This document shows, piece by piece, positions 27,825 through 40,601 of a stretch of 64,000 bases of DNA. Position 1 is the stretch's first letter; the number at the start of each line of letters is the position of its first letter. The position numbers were made by a program, and so were the translations under genes. The DNA comes from Eledone cirrhosa (Eukaryota). Below the pieces are notes generated by a model, which saw only the letters and a list, made by a program, of their open reading frames with translations, did no database searches and was not told where the DNA came from. The stretch is from assembly GCA_964016885.1 (NCBI GenBank), contig OZ024742.1, positions 80,910,001-80,974,000 on the forward strand. Direction: 5' to 3'.

Positions 27825-29671
27825 GCAGGTATCCATGTCTTTATGAAGCTTATTGGTTTTGAACTTCTTATATTTAGTATCATGACCAAAGTCCTGTTCA
27901 AAGGCGTCCAGTAGAGGGTTAGTGGTTGGGTTTTTACAGCAGCTAGAAAGACACTAATTAAATTTGAAAATACATTTTGGGTACGTAAGGATAGAATAGG
28001 TAACTTTGACATAACTATGGGTACTAATGACTCAGCACAAGTTACGGATATTGTTGGTATTTACATAGCCCACACCTTATATAATAAATTTAGTTACCTT
28101 CAAGGCGGAATATATAGAGATGACGCTCTGCTATTAGTTAAAAACATGAATAAACAAAACATAGAGCGAACCCGTAAGAGCATTAGAAGACCCTAGATAG
28201 CCTTGGCCTTAAATTCACCTACGAATATAGTACCAAGGTAGTTAACTTCCTGGATGCCACCTTCAACCTCAACACCGTAATTGTCACACCCTTTCACAAA
28301 AACAATGAGAACCTCACCTACATCCACACTAGCTCTAACCACCCACTATCTATTATAAAGTCCGTGCCACAAAGTATATCACTTAGAATATCCCGCCTCT
28401 CATCTAACCAACAAATATTTGATCAACACGCTGAATATTACAACACTGCATTAGAAAGGGCTGGCTACACCGACAAACTAGAATACATAGACCAACACAA
28501 CCATAAAACACATAACCATAGACACGCCAAACGCCCCACAAACACCCGCACACACGCACCTAGACCCCCTAATACTAACCACACCACAAATACAACAGCA
28601 ACATCAAAGCAAAACAGAACACGGAGTAGATCTTACATTTGGTATAATCCTATTTTTAACTCTTCTATTAGCTCTACCTTACCTTCCACATTCTACAAAA
28701 TTATAAGAAAACACTTTCCAAATTCACATAAATATAGTAGTATACTCAATACCAAAACAATTAGACTATCTTATTCCACTGCACCAAACCTAAACGCACA
28801 CATTAAGATGCTCAACGCCAAAAAACTCCGTAACAACAACACCCCAATCACTCAACACAATAATACACCTAATACACAACCACCCACTAACAAACAGTAT
28901 GCACAAAACACACTCACACACATATCCCATCCCACCTATAACTCCACCACTGCCCATAACAGAAATTGTAATTGCTACCTTCCAGAGACTTGTCCATTGA
29001 ATAAAGAATGTTTGCATTCAAACCTAGTATACAGGTGCTCGGTTGAGTCGGTCAACCAAACCTGGCACTACATAGGCAGCACTGCAAACACCTCCAAAAC
29101 TCGTTGGTACACGCATCGTTACGCAATAAATCACCCCCAACACCGTTACGTAACGACCCTCGCCGACAAAATTTGGCACTTAAAAGGGAGTAACCGACAA
29201 TACACCCTCAAATGGACCAAACTCTCACATGCTCCTCCATACCGGAGTGGGATGAAAACTTGCCCGTTGTGTAATAATGAGCTCTTCCATATCCTAAGCT
29301 CAGGCCATCAACTACTCAACAACAAAATTGAAAGGTCAATCTTTTGCCAGCATAAACTGAAATCGAAATGATCACACTTTAAACCTTCAACTAAATCTTA
29401 ACACTACTTTTCTACCCTAAATAACAATTTTACACTCCTAAAAATAGACTATATATGAAATTTAATACTTTCTTCCTTCATCTATTCTCTGGTAAAACTT
29501 TTGCCTGTCCACTACCAAATGCCACTTAAAATGCTATCTTCCTTATCTCTCCCTCTACTCATCACAACTTTTAGCACACAATCCCCCCCCCACTTCTTGT
29601 AACTTAACTACATTCCATACAAATCCTCTCACACCACCCTATCTCTTTCACTTTCTCTCACTGCCTCCGTC

Positions 29672-29751
<80 letters not shown>

Positions 29752-30104
29752 TTTGCTCCTCTCTCTCTCTGTTCCTCTATCTTACACTACTACGCCTTAT
29801 TTCATTTCCTAAGGTCATTTCAACTTTGTATTTTGAAAATTCAGATGTCACAGTATCTTTCTTGATTGCCTATTATGACATAGTGTAGCAATAATGGAGT
29901 GAAATTCTGATGAAACAATTGTTAATACGTGAATTAAATCCTTTTGTAACTTTTACCTTCGTCCTATTTCTATTTTTTGATTACACTCCTCGTCTGTTTG
30001 TGTTTCCACCACAGAATCCCTACCAACCTGTCGAGTCACCTTAACGTATGTTGATAACTTTCCTCACAACTTGTTCTACCAAGCTTTGGAATATTCCTAA
30101 TTAC

Positions 30105-30108
<4 letters not shown>
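27825..30108 (+). mobile_element. 5'-truncated Nematis-like PLE with inverted N-terminal fragment
   Basis: FDITMGTNDSAQVTD, GGIYRDD from ~27935 with frameshift; ORF 28364-29371 with CNC..CPL..CL, YIG, CPLC..E, CQH; 27935-27825 (-) reads NPLLDAFEQD...KYKKFK, homologous to the N-terminus of 10113-12488. Confidence 0.9.
29827..29929 (+). ncRNA. Type I hammerhead, U3-A8 core, 72-nt stem II domain
   Basis: TGTATT-TTGAAAA-tTCAGA..TCAC[...]GTGA..TCTGAt-GAAA-CAATTG-TT-AATACG; inner pairs ATTGC/GCAAT and CTAT/ATAG. Confidence 0.72.
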
Positions 30109-30166
<58 letters not shown>

Positions 30167-30167
30167 T

Positions 30168-30548
30168 ATTATAATGCTCGGTTTGTTTGTTTGTAAACGA
30201 ACAAACAGCCCGAATTACTGTTCGTCTCTATACATATATGTATGTACGTATACATACATACATACTTACATTTAAGTAAGTGCCGTATTAAGAGTGAGAA
30301 GTGAAATTTATTTTCATACTATTCCATTTATCGTTTTCGGTGCGCCCGTCCGACTAAACTCACTCGATATGCAAATTAGGCTGCTCAGCCGTTAATATGC
30401 ATAAGAAAAGTATATATTCTCAGACCTTCAACCATCTGGCAGGAAGGTATATGATGCTGACGATAGCTAATAAGCTTGGAACTAGTACATCGTTCCTGTG
30501 TCAGTGTTGAACAAAAAGGGGACGTGGTTGCCTAAACACTGTACGGCA
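30168..30548 (+). mobile_element. Retrozyme-like element, diverged copy 3 with short 5' inversion
   Basis: Homologous to 24360-24670; HHR 30451-30493 with covarying stem I ATGATG/CATCGT and GGAA mutation. Confidence 0.8.
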
Positions 30549-30699
30549 TAATTCACACATACACAATTGTTAGTTAGTTCAACAATAGAAAAATTATAAG
30601 TACTTAAATAATATCCATATGTATCTATAAAGTAATTTGTAGCCAGAAGTTCTCGGTGTTACAATAAACAATTGGTAAGATACATGTGTAAAAATTATA

Positions 30700-30780
30700 A
30701 TTGTTTCTACCTTTGGCACAAGGCCATCACTTACTCAGTACATTACTGGTACATTATTTTATCGACCCCGTAAGGATGAC
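30700..30780 (-). mobile_element. SINE 3' fragment
   Basis: ggcacaaggcca...tactggtac.ttattttatcgaccccgtaaggatga. Confidence 0.8.
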
Positions 30781-31190
30781 TGATTATAAAGATTATAATA
30801 TAACGTAATTTTATGTGTTAAATAGAAAGGAGTGTTCAAAGCGTCTTATAGAGTATGAAAGTGAAAGAAATGATAGTAAATGAGTGTGTTAAAGGTATAA
30901 AAAAGTATACGTAATCATAGTAAATATGTGAGTTTTATTCATGTGTTATGGTTGTAGTTAAATGTATGTGTTCATAAAGTAAAATAGTTTCGGATAGTGA
31001 GTGTAAATGGTATTTCATACTTGAAATAAAGTTCAGGGGGCGTGAGTATCCAGAATTATATTATGTTTATTCCAACAGGAAAGAATATGTGATTTTATGT
31101 GTGGACAACTTCTAAAAATATTAGTTTTAGAATTGAGGCCAGTAATAGGAGATTTCACATTAAGTAAATAGCTCTGTACTATACATAGAA
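30781..31190 (-). mobile_element. 3' fragment of another Nematis-like PLE
   Basis: Minus strand KSPITGLNSKTNIFRSCPHIKSH matches the LN......C.H C-terminal motif. Confidence 0.5.
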
Positions 31191-31199
31191 ATACTTAAC

Positions 31200-31254
<55 letters not shown>

Positions 31255-31284
31255 GTAATAATAATAAAATTGAAGACTAAAATC

Positions 31285-33524
31285 CAAAGAGGGCTCGACA
31301 GTCGGTGAGTAATTTCGACGACTCTATTTGGATTAAAAAATCCAATAGTACGCCATTCGACGTGAGTATGGGCGCCAGTGACTCTGCGGAGGTTACTGAT
31401 CTTATCGGCCTTTTCCTTCTTTTCTCTATCAAGGACGAATTCCCCAACGCGGGCGGTGGTTTGTACCGTGACGATGGTCTTTTGACCATGACTAAGTGCG
31501 GACCTCGTGCTTGCGACAGGTTCAGAAAAGAACTTGCAGCCTTCTTTAAAGGCTTCAATCTCTCTATACAGGTTGAGGCCAATCACTCGGTCGATAATTA
31601 CCTCGATGTTACCCTCAATTTATTGAATGGGTTGTATTACCCATATAGAAAGCCGAATGATACGCTTAATTACATAAGTAAGCATTCCAACCATCCTGCC
31701 AGCATAACCAAGAACCTGGTAAAAAACGTTTCGTTGAGGATTTCCCGTCTTTCCACCAATGAACGCATTTTCAACGACCATTCCACTTATTACAATGAAG
31801 CCCTTGCTTGAAGTGGATTTGTTGATAAGGTAGCATATACAGAGTACGAAAATAGACCTAGAAGAAATAGATCCCGTCGCATTTGTTGGTTTCACCCACC
31901 ATATATGGAGGTGGCCACACCATTAGCTAAGATCTTTCTTTCCCTTATTACGAAGCATTTTCCCCCTACACATAAATATAGTAAAATTGTTAATAGAAAT
32001 ACTATTAAAATTTCTTACTCTACGACTCCTAACATTGTACATAACATCACAGCTTCAAATTTAGCTAAACTACCTAGCCGTAGGAACACGTGCAACCCTG
32101 TAGTTAGTACTAACTGTAATTGTAGGAATCGGGCTGATTGCCCCCTATCCGGGAAATGCCTCTCTAGTAACATTGTCTACAAATGTAAGGTTGTAACACC
32201 CACGTCCCGTAGGGTCTACAAAGGGTTAACCGCCAATAGTTTCAAGCAGCGTCTTTACATGCATACCCATTCTTTTCGTTACCTTATATCTGGAGTCTAA
32301 AAGACAACCACAACCAATATAAGTTACACTGGGAGATCCTAGCTAGGGCTAGATCGTATAACGGAAATAAAAGACCATGTGACCTTTGCGCCGCTGAGGC
32401 CCTGGAAATACTATACGCCACAGACCACATCTTAAACAAAAAATCTGAGGCAATTTCGGCTTGTAAACATAAATTGCACAAATCTTTCCTGTATTACAGC
32501 CCCACGTTATACCCTAACGGATAGCACGATCTATACGTGGATATTTTACGTCTTGATGTGGGAGCTAATTATATGTTTTGATTATTCCTTTACTTATTTA
32601 CATAGGTAAGTATATATTACCCGTATGTTTTTTGAAGGTATCTATACCTTCTCGTACGTATATTTGGCTGTCATGGCTTATCATTTTTACATATTCTGGT
32701 ATTTAGGGTTTGGCTATGTGTATACGGGAGTTTTGCATCTGCGTGAGTATGCAGGTTCGTACGTATGGTGGGTGCGTGTATATGTGTACTTCTTGTTTTA
32801 GTTGACTTACGTCTCCGAACATTCGTGTATTTATTTGTAGGTATGTGTGTGCGCTTGTTATATACGTATTTATTTACTTATATACGTTTATATAATTATT
32901 TATTTATTTGTACACAAGCATACACACACACACACATTTATATGTGCATGGTTTTGTATACCTATGGTAAGGTTTTGCGTATGCTTGTGTATGTACGTAT
33001 CTCTTTGCGTGTATGTATTTATTTGTTTCTATTACTTCTGTATTGTATTTATTTACTTTGTTCTTAACTCTGTAGCGGAGATTCATTTGGTCTCCTAGTT
33101 AGAATTTGAGTCTACAACTTCTGCTATACCATTTACGTGGTTTTGTCTCTGCGTGCTATTGTTCTCCACCCTCCACATATGACTTATTATCTTCGTTTTT
33201 TCGTTCATTGCCAGAGAACGTGTCTATGCACCACCTAAGAGAACATTAGTCTACGACCTCTTGTATACCATAAACGTGGTTCTGTCTTTGCGCGTAATTG
33301 TTTTTCACTGCTCCTATTAATGACGTATTATTCGTTTTTTCCCGTTCTTTGCCAGCGAACGTTTCCACGAACCAAAGTATCGTCTTCCTGTCTTCCTCCG
33401 GTTGCAACGTTTTTTGAAATATCCAGTTCTGCGTTTACAGATTGACTTTGTTAGTTTCAGAAGATCCCGTTAAGGGTGAAAGCAGCGATTCTTTGCTTAA
33501 ACTTTAATCTGTTATTTTAATAAA
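31285..33524 (+). mobile_element. 5'-truncated PLE (Nematis-like family B, copy 2)
   Basis: FDVSMGASDSAEVTD, GGLYRDDGL, NYLDV, SNHP, CNCRNRADCPL..CL, IVY..YKG; stop at 31809 and deletion near 32285; ends in (TA)n. Confidence 0.92.
33453..33503 (+). ncRNA. Type I hammerhead-like motif with U4A core (CAGAAGA) and full stem III
   Basis: AGTTT-CAGAAGA-tCCC gttaa GGGt-GAAA-GCA gcgattctt TGC-TT-AAACT; outer helix CAGATTGA/TTAATCTG. Confidence 0.65.
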
Positions 33525-33526
33525 TA

Positions 33527-33558
<32 letters not shown>

Positions 33559-33740
33559 CATGTATATATAACAAAAATACCGATGGTCGCTCGTATATAT
33601 ACAGCGTCCTCCGGCCACCGTCTAGCTCACTCAATGAATCTGGCGAATTGCAGCTATGCATTGCAATCAAATGTTCAGAGTGCATACATGTAATTTAATG
33701 TAGACGGTTGGCTGTGTATAGTTAGAGATTGGTGTAAATA

Positions 33741-34080
33741 CCTCTCTTCCGGAAAATCCTTTCTGTGTAATATATCTTTACAAATGCAGATTTTATTCAG
33801 AAAATCACGTAGAATCAGCGGATACTTACGTAATGAGACTCTAACACTCTTCATATGAATGGCCCAAAAGTATACGATATTTTCTGTGCGGTGTTAGCAA
33901 GCCTTCACTACTGAATAAGCTATCTAGCAGTTCAGGCAGTGCCCCACTCCGCTTCTAATGAAAAGAGGAAACATTTCTCGCATACTATCACAAACACCTC
34001 TCTTCCGGACGATCGTTTCTGTGTAATATATCTTTATAATATTCTGCAATATTTGGAAAATCACGTAAAATCAGCGGATA
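33741..34080 (-). repeat. 84-nt direct repeat (33741-33824 / 33997-34080), each unit a degenerate hammerhead-like motif
   Basis: Minus strand TCCG-CTGATTT-[~48 nt, GTGAT/ATTAC]-GAAA-CGATCG-TC-CGGA; G8/A9 missing in both units. Confidence 0.5.
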
Positions 34081-34980
34081 TATAAATATATAATCATGTT
34101 TAAGTTTGTTCATATTTTTCTACACTTTTCATTATTTATAAACCTTTATTTAAGGGTTTATTATCAAACAGAGTTTAGATCGATTTCTTTTGTATTCAAA
34201 ACTTGTTAACGAAGAATTGGTTAAGGTTTGTCTGAGTTTCATAACACTACTATTTATTTGGTTTGACAACAGTTCTGCATCTGTAAAGTTCATTTAGATC
34301 AATTATTTGGAAAATTCAATTGGAATCTCTGAGGAGGTATTTTTAAATATGTTTATGACATTACTGGTTTCGCAAGTTTTATGATTTTCAGAAGTCAAGA
34401 GAGATGAAGAACTGTTACACATGTATTTAAACGTATGATGTGTTTCTACGTCTTATGCGGTTTTTATACAGTCATTGTCAATTGTGTGGTCGGCTACATA
34501 AAATCTAATACCGAAAAGCATTGTAAATTCTCCACTTATGTGTAGTAGGTATTAAAACCACTAAGTGTACATACGTGCTAAGTCTTAATGACATTTTCAG
34601 CATCACAACATGTCATCTGACGAAATAATACTGAGATTCGTGTAATATAAGTTCAATAAAAACCAAATGAGATTCGCAGATGTGCGACAATTTCGCCTGT
34701 AATGATAGATATGATATTGTTTCGTTATATGTATGTAATTCCCAGGAAACAATTAAATGCGTGTCTGGAGAACATTGTGCAGAGGAGCAACTCTATCGAT
34801 AAAAATCCACTACATGAAATTTAACTCGGCTTATATGAAGAAAAGAGTGAGGGTTTTCGCGTAAGGCTCCAAAAGTGTTTAAAGGCAGAAAAACTTATGG
34901 CCTTATAAAGTATTTCCAGATTACAAAAATGCAATTTATGCTTTGGAATATATTTTTCCAGGAATTAATCGAAGAATTAA

Positions 34981-35130
34981 TAGTTGTTTTTACTTTTAGC
35001 ACAAGGCTAGCAATTACCCAGTACATTACTGGTACTTTATTTTATCGGCACCGTAAGGATGAAAGGAAAAGTTAACCTCGATGGGATTTGAACTCAGACC
35101 GTAAGGGACGTAACTAAAGCATGGTGTCTG
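34981..35130 (-). mobile_element. SINE copy
   Basis: Matches 17029-17180. Confidence 0.8.
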
Positions 35131-36411
35131 AAGAAATAATAGTGACATGAGAAAGCATTTCATCATGAAGAAATATATCCTTATTCTTGAGGAAATTCCG
35201 AATAGAATCTACATTTTTAAGAAGCCAATTAGGTCTTTGGATTTATGTCTTCGAAAAGCCTCTTGAGATAGATTTTATGGGGTAATCTATAATATGACTA
35301 TTATGTGACTTCATTCGTAAATATTTCCTTCATGCATTGGTTGCAAAACGGCGTTGTACCCGAAGAGAATGTATACCTAGAGAAAAAACTGGCTTTCTTT
35401 GCATTTCCTTCCTATCGTCGAAAATGGCTCTAAGCCATTCTGAACTAATGAAATATGAAGTGGAACAATGTTGGCACAGAACACAAAGCTATCGTTGCAG
35501 CTATTTCGTCCTGCACTTGCCACTATGCCGAAGTACAACTTTATGGAATTGTGTTACAAGTTCACAATTGTGAGTGAAATTGTTGTCTTGGCTCAGTTTA
35601 TTGGTGTCATAAAACTGAAATAAATAATACCTGCTTAAATTCATAGTATCACTGGGGAAGGGAAAAATAATTTCCCGACTGCAAACGACGTTGCTGAGGA
35701 AGGGTTCTCTGAGATAATCGTTCACACACAGTCATCAACACATAGGACATTCTTATTCGAAAAACGAGTAATTAAAATCATATTGTAGTAGCGTTATTGG
35801 ACAGACAATCAACCTAATGTTGTTTATTTGGTTTTAGCAGTCAACAGATTTTCCTTCTGCCTAGCTTTTAAATTATTTGTGGTATATATGTCATTCAGAA
35901 ATCATGTATCCTGTATCATTTATATGCTTTCGTTGAATTTGGGAGGGGAGAATATACATTATGTTCAGTTCTAATGTGATGGTGTTGAGGTGTCTCTACG
36001 AGAACATTCAATGTGCTATGTACAACTGCTAACAATGTGCTATGTACAACATTTCTTCTAAAACATCGATATAAATAATGGATAAATTGAGGAATAATGT
36101 TCACAAAAAACATTTTGGACGAGGTAATCTCTACAATAACATATTCCTTACTGGTCAAATATATAGAAATAGGCATTTTAGATTGATTTTATTCGTTTTT
36201 CTTTCTAAATATCGCCCAGTTATACATCTTTAAATTGGATTAGTATTTTGCTATTCTTTCTCTCTTATTTGTTTACCATGCTGGAATTTATTTTCTTTTT
36301 ATGTAAGAGATGAAATCAAATAATGTACATATAATATTTCACATAATAAGATCATTTCTAACAGAAACAAAATGTTTGCCCTTTATGAACATGGAAATGT
36401 TTAAGAGGTAA

Positions 36412-36605
36412 TAATTGTTTCTACTGTTGGCACAAGGCCAGCAATTATCCAGTACATTACTGGTACTTTTATTTTATCGACGCCGTAAGGATGAAAGGCA
36501 AAAATTAACCTCGGAGCGATTTGAACTCAGACTGGCAAGGGCCGTAACTCTATGCGTCAAAGCATGGCGTCCAACCCTCAACCGATACTGCTAATCCACC
36601 GCCCC
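36412..36605 (-). mobile_element. Full-length SINE copy
   Basis: Matches 17029-17209; flanked by probable target-site duplication ttaagaggtaataat (36401-36415 / 36606-36620). Confidence 0.88.
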
Positions 36606-38746
36606 TTAAGAGGTAATAATACTTACTGAAATGATGTCACGATATCCTTCTTTATTATGTTTACATTCTGAATGTCATTGATGATACTTCACCAAAACGA
36701 ACCAAACCAAACCAATCAAACCCACAACAAAGCATAGTAATCGAACATGAAACCAAACGCATCAAATTAAATTACATATATTAACTCCGATATTACATTA
36801 GATAGGTATTTAAACGAGGACTTATATATATATATATATATATATATGTGACGGAATCATAATTTGCAAAAAGATCATCACATAACATTTAGAGTATATG
36901 ACTACCAACATATTGTTCATTGTATTTATATACTTTAATTCAAAATGTAATTTCTCTTCGAAAATATTTCATCACATAGCGTGACCAATTAGAAATCATT
37001 TCGTATAGTCGTAATAAATACATCGTTATAATTGCTCTTTTAGCGTTGCTGCTACGATATGCATAGTTATTAATAAAATAAAAAAAGAAATAAGAATTTA
37101 CGATATTTATTAGAAAATTGAACCAGTTTTTCTAGAAAAAAATTCAATTACACGCTACAACGAGCTCAAACATAAATAGCATAGTTAATTATCATTGATG
37201 TGATAATGCATGCAATTCAAAAAATCATTTTGCGTTCTGAATCTTGAAACATTTAAATTATACATAATATCATAAACACCAAACCGCGTGCTCATAAGCG
37301 CCTAAATACGTATCCAGATTTCTGTCAAGTTAAAATATATGCCTCTCAATCCATGAACAATGCCATCATTTCATACACATATGTTAGTATCTCGCTTTAT
37401 ATATATTTATATACTAGGAACAGTTGTTATTAGTGATCAGGATAAAGTCATGTCCGACACATACACAGGTTTACTGTATTTCAAGAATATTATTAGCTGT
37501 ACGTGAAATTTCCTCGAACAGTATTTTCCTTTTCTTTCCTAATATTTTCATAATTACAATATTCTATGGATATATTTATTTCATGAAGTAAATTTAATCA
37601 CCTACTCGTATGTTCCTCACACCATAACAGTTGCAAAAATACAAACAAAAATTATAGATGATCAAATCCTGTTTCATTTGTCTGTTAGCGGGTGTAGAAA
37701 TGTAGCTTGAGGGAGTAATTGTTCACTTATAGCGGATTTATTGATTTCTAATTATGTTTATTGAAGTCGAAATTAGGAAAAACATGACCTATTCTAATGA
37801 TCACTTATTTGTTTGTAATACGTTTTATTTCTTTCCTTTTTCTTTATCGGAGAGTTAATTAGGAAATAATGGAATTTAAACTATATTAACATTCAGTCTC
37901 ATCAAACATTTTATACTACATTTCAGATGGGTAAGATGGTATATTTATGTTGCTTAACTTTAAATCGTAAAAAAACGGTATTACAACCGAGTAAAATAAA
38001 AGAGATGAGTCCTTCATCATATCATGGGCGTCTTTTTAATACACCTGAAGTGTATTTGTTACAAGTTAGTTTTGGTGAAAATGGATTGCCTCACAAAACA
38101 CTAACATATACATGAAGTTATCTTGCAATATAAAGTTATCCTGCAATGTGTATTGATACACCAAATAAATTTAAATAAATGAATATATTATATTTATGAG
38201 CATAAACGTGAGTATTTCTTTTTTGTCATACTTTACAAAAAACAAAGGAGCAACGTAGTTAACTGTTTGCTATTTACATAGATAGTGTGTATACAGTAAT
38301 TCCAAGTAGGTTGTTCTCTAAGGTGGAAACTTGATTTGCATAAATATCGTATTGGTGGCAGCTACATTAATTAATGTTACGCTATATACACACTCAGTTT
38401 AGGCAAAAATTCTTAGTTGTAGAATAGATGTAAATCTATACCATAGTTACAGTCTTAAATACGCGTGGCTTATCATTGATTGAGTAATTGAAATATATTC
38501 CAGTAATCGGATATTTACACAAATAACCTTTTCGAAATGGGGCCAACATAAGTCTGATCGATTCTGTTTTTCCATCTACGGAAAGATTATTTAGATATTT
38601 ACCTACTGCATCCAATCATACAAGCCATGTGCAGACAGATTATACAACACTGTATATGTAGTCTCAAAATCCCTCAGCTTAGTTATCAGTAAATAATTAA
38701 TTGTACTAGCAGTCAGTAATATATTATTCATGCAAATCAGACTCAC

Positions 38747-38791
38747 CTGTTTTTTGAAGACCTAATAATGTTGAATATGTCTGCGACTTCA
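38747..38791 (-). CDS. Candidate host-gene exon (45 nt, phase 2 to 2)
   Basis: Long T-rich polypyrimidine tract ending cttatccgttcgtag; open EVADIFNIIRSSKN; CAG|GTGAGT donor. Confidence 0.55.
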
Positions 38792-39309
38792 CTACGAACG
38801 GATAAGAAAAAAAAAGAGGCTTACTCTTGTGGATGATTCCCTCAATTAGAACTAAATATTATTGAATGTATCCCACATGTTTACCCACGATGTGATTCCA
38901 TATGGATTTGATTACGTCCCGGTGTATCTATTTACACGCCTAATGTCGTTTAACAGTGGCACTAATAAAATAAGTTTATATCGCTAGCCAAATAACGGCA
39001 AAAAACAGCTTGCATTTTGTATTCAATAATCATAGTATTCGATAAGAATCTAAGAATCCGGTACATTAATGTGTTTTGCAGTTAAATTGTCTACGTACCT
39101 ATCTCATTAGAAATTGATCAATATGTATAACATATTTTCGTATATTTATCAGCATACCATATTTATGAACAAATATGCAATTGTTTTCACCAATCAACAG
39201 AAAGTACATACACACGTACATACACACAAATACATGCACGAGCACGCACACACACAGACACACACACACACACACACACATATACATATATTTTCTCCTT
39301 CTTCGCTCA

Positions 39310-39970
39310 CTTATATTGTGAAGGTTATAGGGGTAGAATCCTAAAATACTCCTTCCAGCGGATCGCGTCAGAAGCAACCACCTCCCGCTGATCCAGCTGG
39401 ATTCCCATTCGAGACCAGCTAAGTTCATGGATGTTATCCAACCATCTAGATCAGGGTCAATCTTCGGACACCTACCGGCTTGTTTTGTCTGTAAAATCTG
39501 CCCGGAGATTATTTAATGTAGGAATTGGACTCCACCATGTGTGCGTTCTGTCTTGTATCCTGTTCATTATTTTTATGAAGAGGATTAGGATACGTAGCCG
39601 GGTTGGAAGTGTTATCAAGACTGGCGTGTGTAGATTCAGTTGGCTGGCATTGCAGACGATATGGTGTTAATTAACTTGATAGAAGGTTATGTCCGACTTG
39701 CAATTGATAGTTTTGATGACGAGTCCTTCATAGCTGCAATGAAAATAAATATAGCAAAAAGTGAAACACTCGGCCATGGCCACAAGTGATGGAAGGCAGG
39801 AGGCTGAATTAGGTGCTAACAATTGCAGGAGCTGGTGCAGTAATGAGCAAGATTCACCATTCGGTAAACCGGAGAAGAAAACGAGGTGAAAAAGCCAAAC
39901 TCGCTATCTTCAATTCGGTATTCGGTCTAAAATATGGCGGTGGTGCGATATTTTCTAACATCTCGGTCGA
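39310..39970. mobile_element. Decayed RTE-like LINE fragments in opposite orientations
   Basis: 39525-39970 (+): GLHHVCVLSCILFIIFMKRI RT remnant; 39310-39520 resembles the minus-strand 3' end at 61130-61290. Confidence 0.6.
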
Positions 39971-40196
39971 TAGCCGGATGATCCGTGCTACGTGTGATAC
40001 AAGCTTGTTGATATAACACCACAAGTCAGTAATGCAAAAATGAGAGCGTACAGAAGAGTTTCGTCGCTCTGTGTGCATCTGGGTCAGGACCACACACGCA
40101 AATATAGAATATATATACATGTGGGCATACTAGCGCGTTATAAATGAAACATGCTGCATTACAATATAATATAATAAATATTTTCTCTATATATTC

Positions 40197-40227
<31 letters not shown>

Positions 40228-40241
40228 CTTTCTCTTTCTCC

Positions 40242-40353
<112 letters not shown>

Positions 40354-40552
40354 TTAAGGATACTATTTATGGTTATTTATATAGTAAAACCTTTTATAGT
40401 TATATATATTTTAAACCCTAAATAGTGAAAGACAGTAATATATTACTACCTTATTACCAGTAAGATAAATAGCTCAATGTAATAACATCAGTTGTTCTAC
40501 AGAGCAATTATATAGAAATTACATGAATCAAAGTTCTGTTTAAACCATTTAT

Positions 40553-40601
40553 TCGCTTACAATTGTTTCTTCCAAACCGAGGTTTGGAGTCTTCGGAGCA
40601 A
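40553..40601 (-). ncRNA. Type I hammerhead, U4C core (CCGAAGA)
   Basis: TTGCT-CCGAAGA-cTCCAAACC tc GGTTTGGAa-GAAA-CAATTG-TA-AGCGA. Confidence 0.8.

Noticed and set aside
37927-37930. Plus-strand micro-exon-like signals (tttcag ATGG gtaaga; also caacag GCATTCCCAAG gtaaga at ~60006-60016)
   Set aside because: Expected by chance in 64 kb, and on the opposite strand to the better-supported exons.
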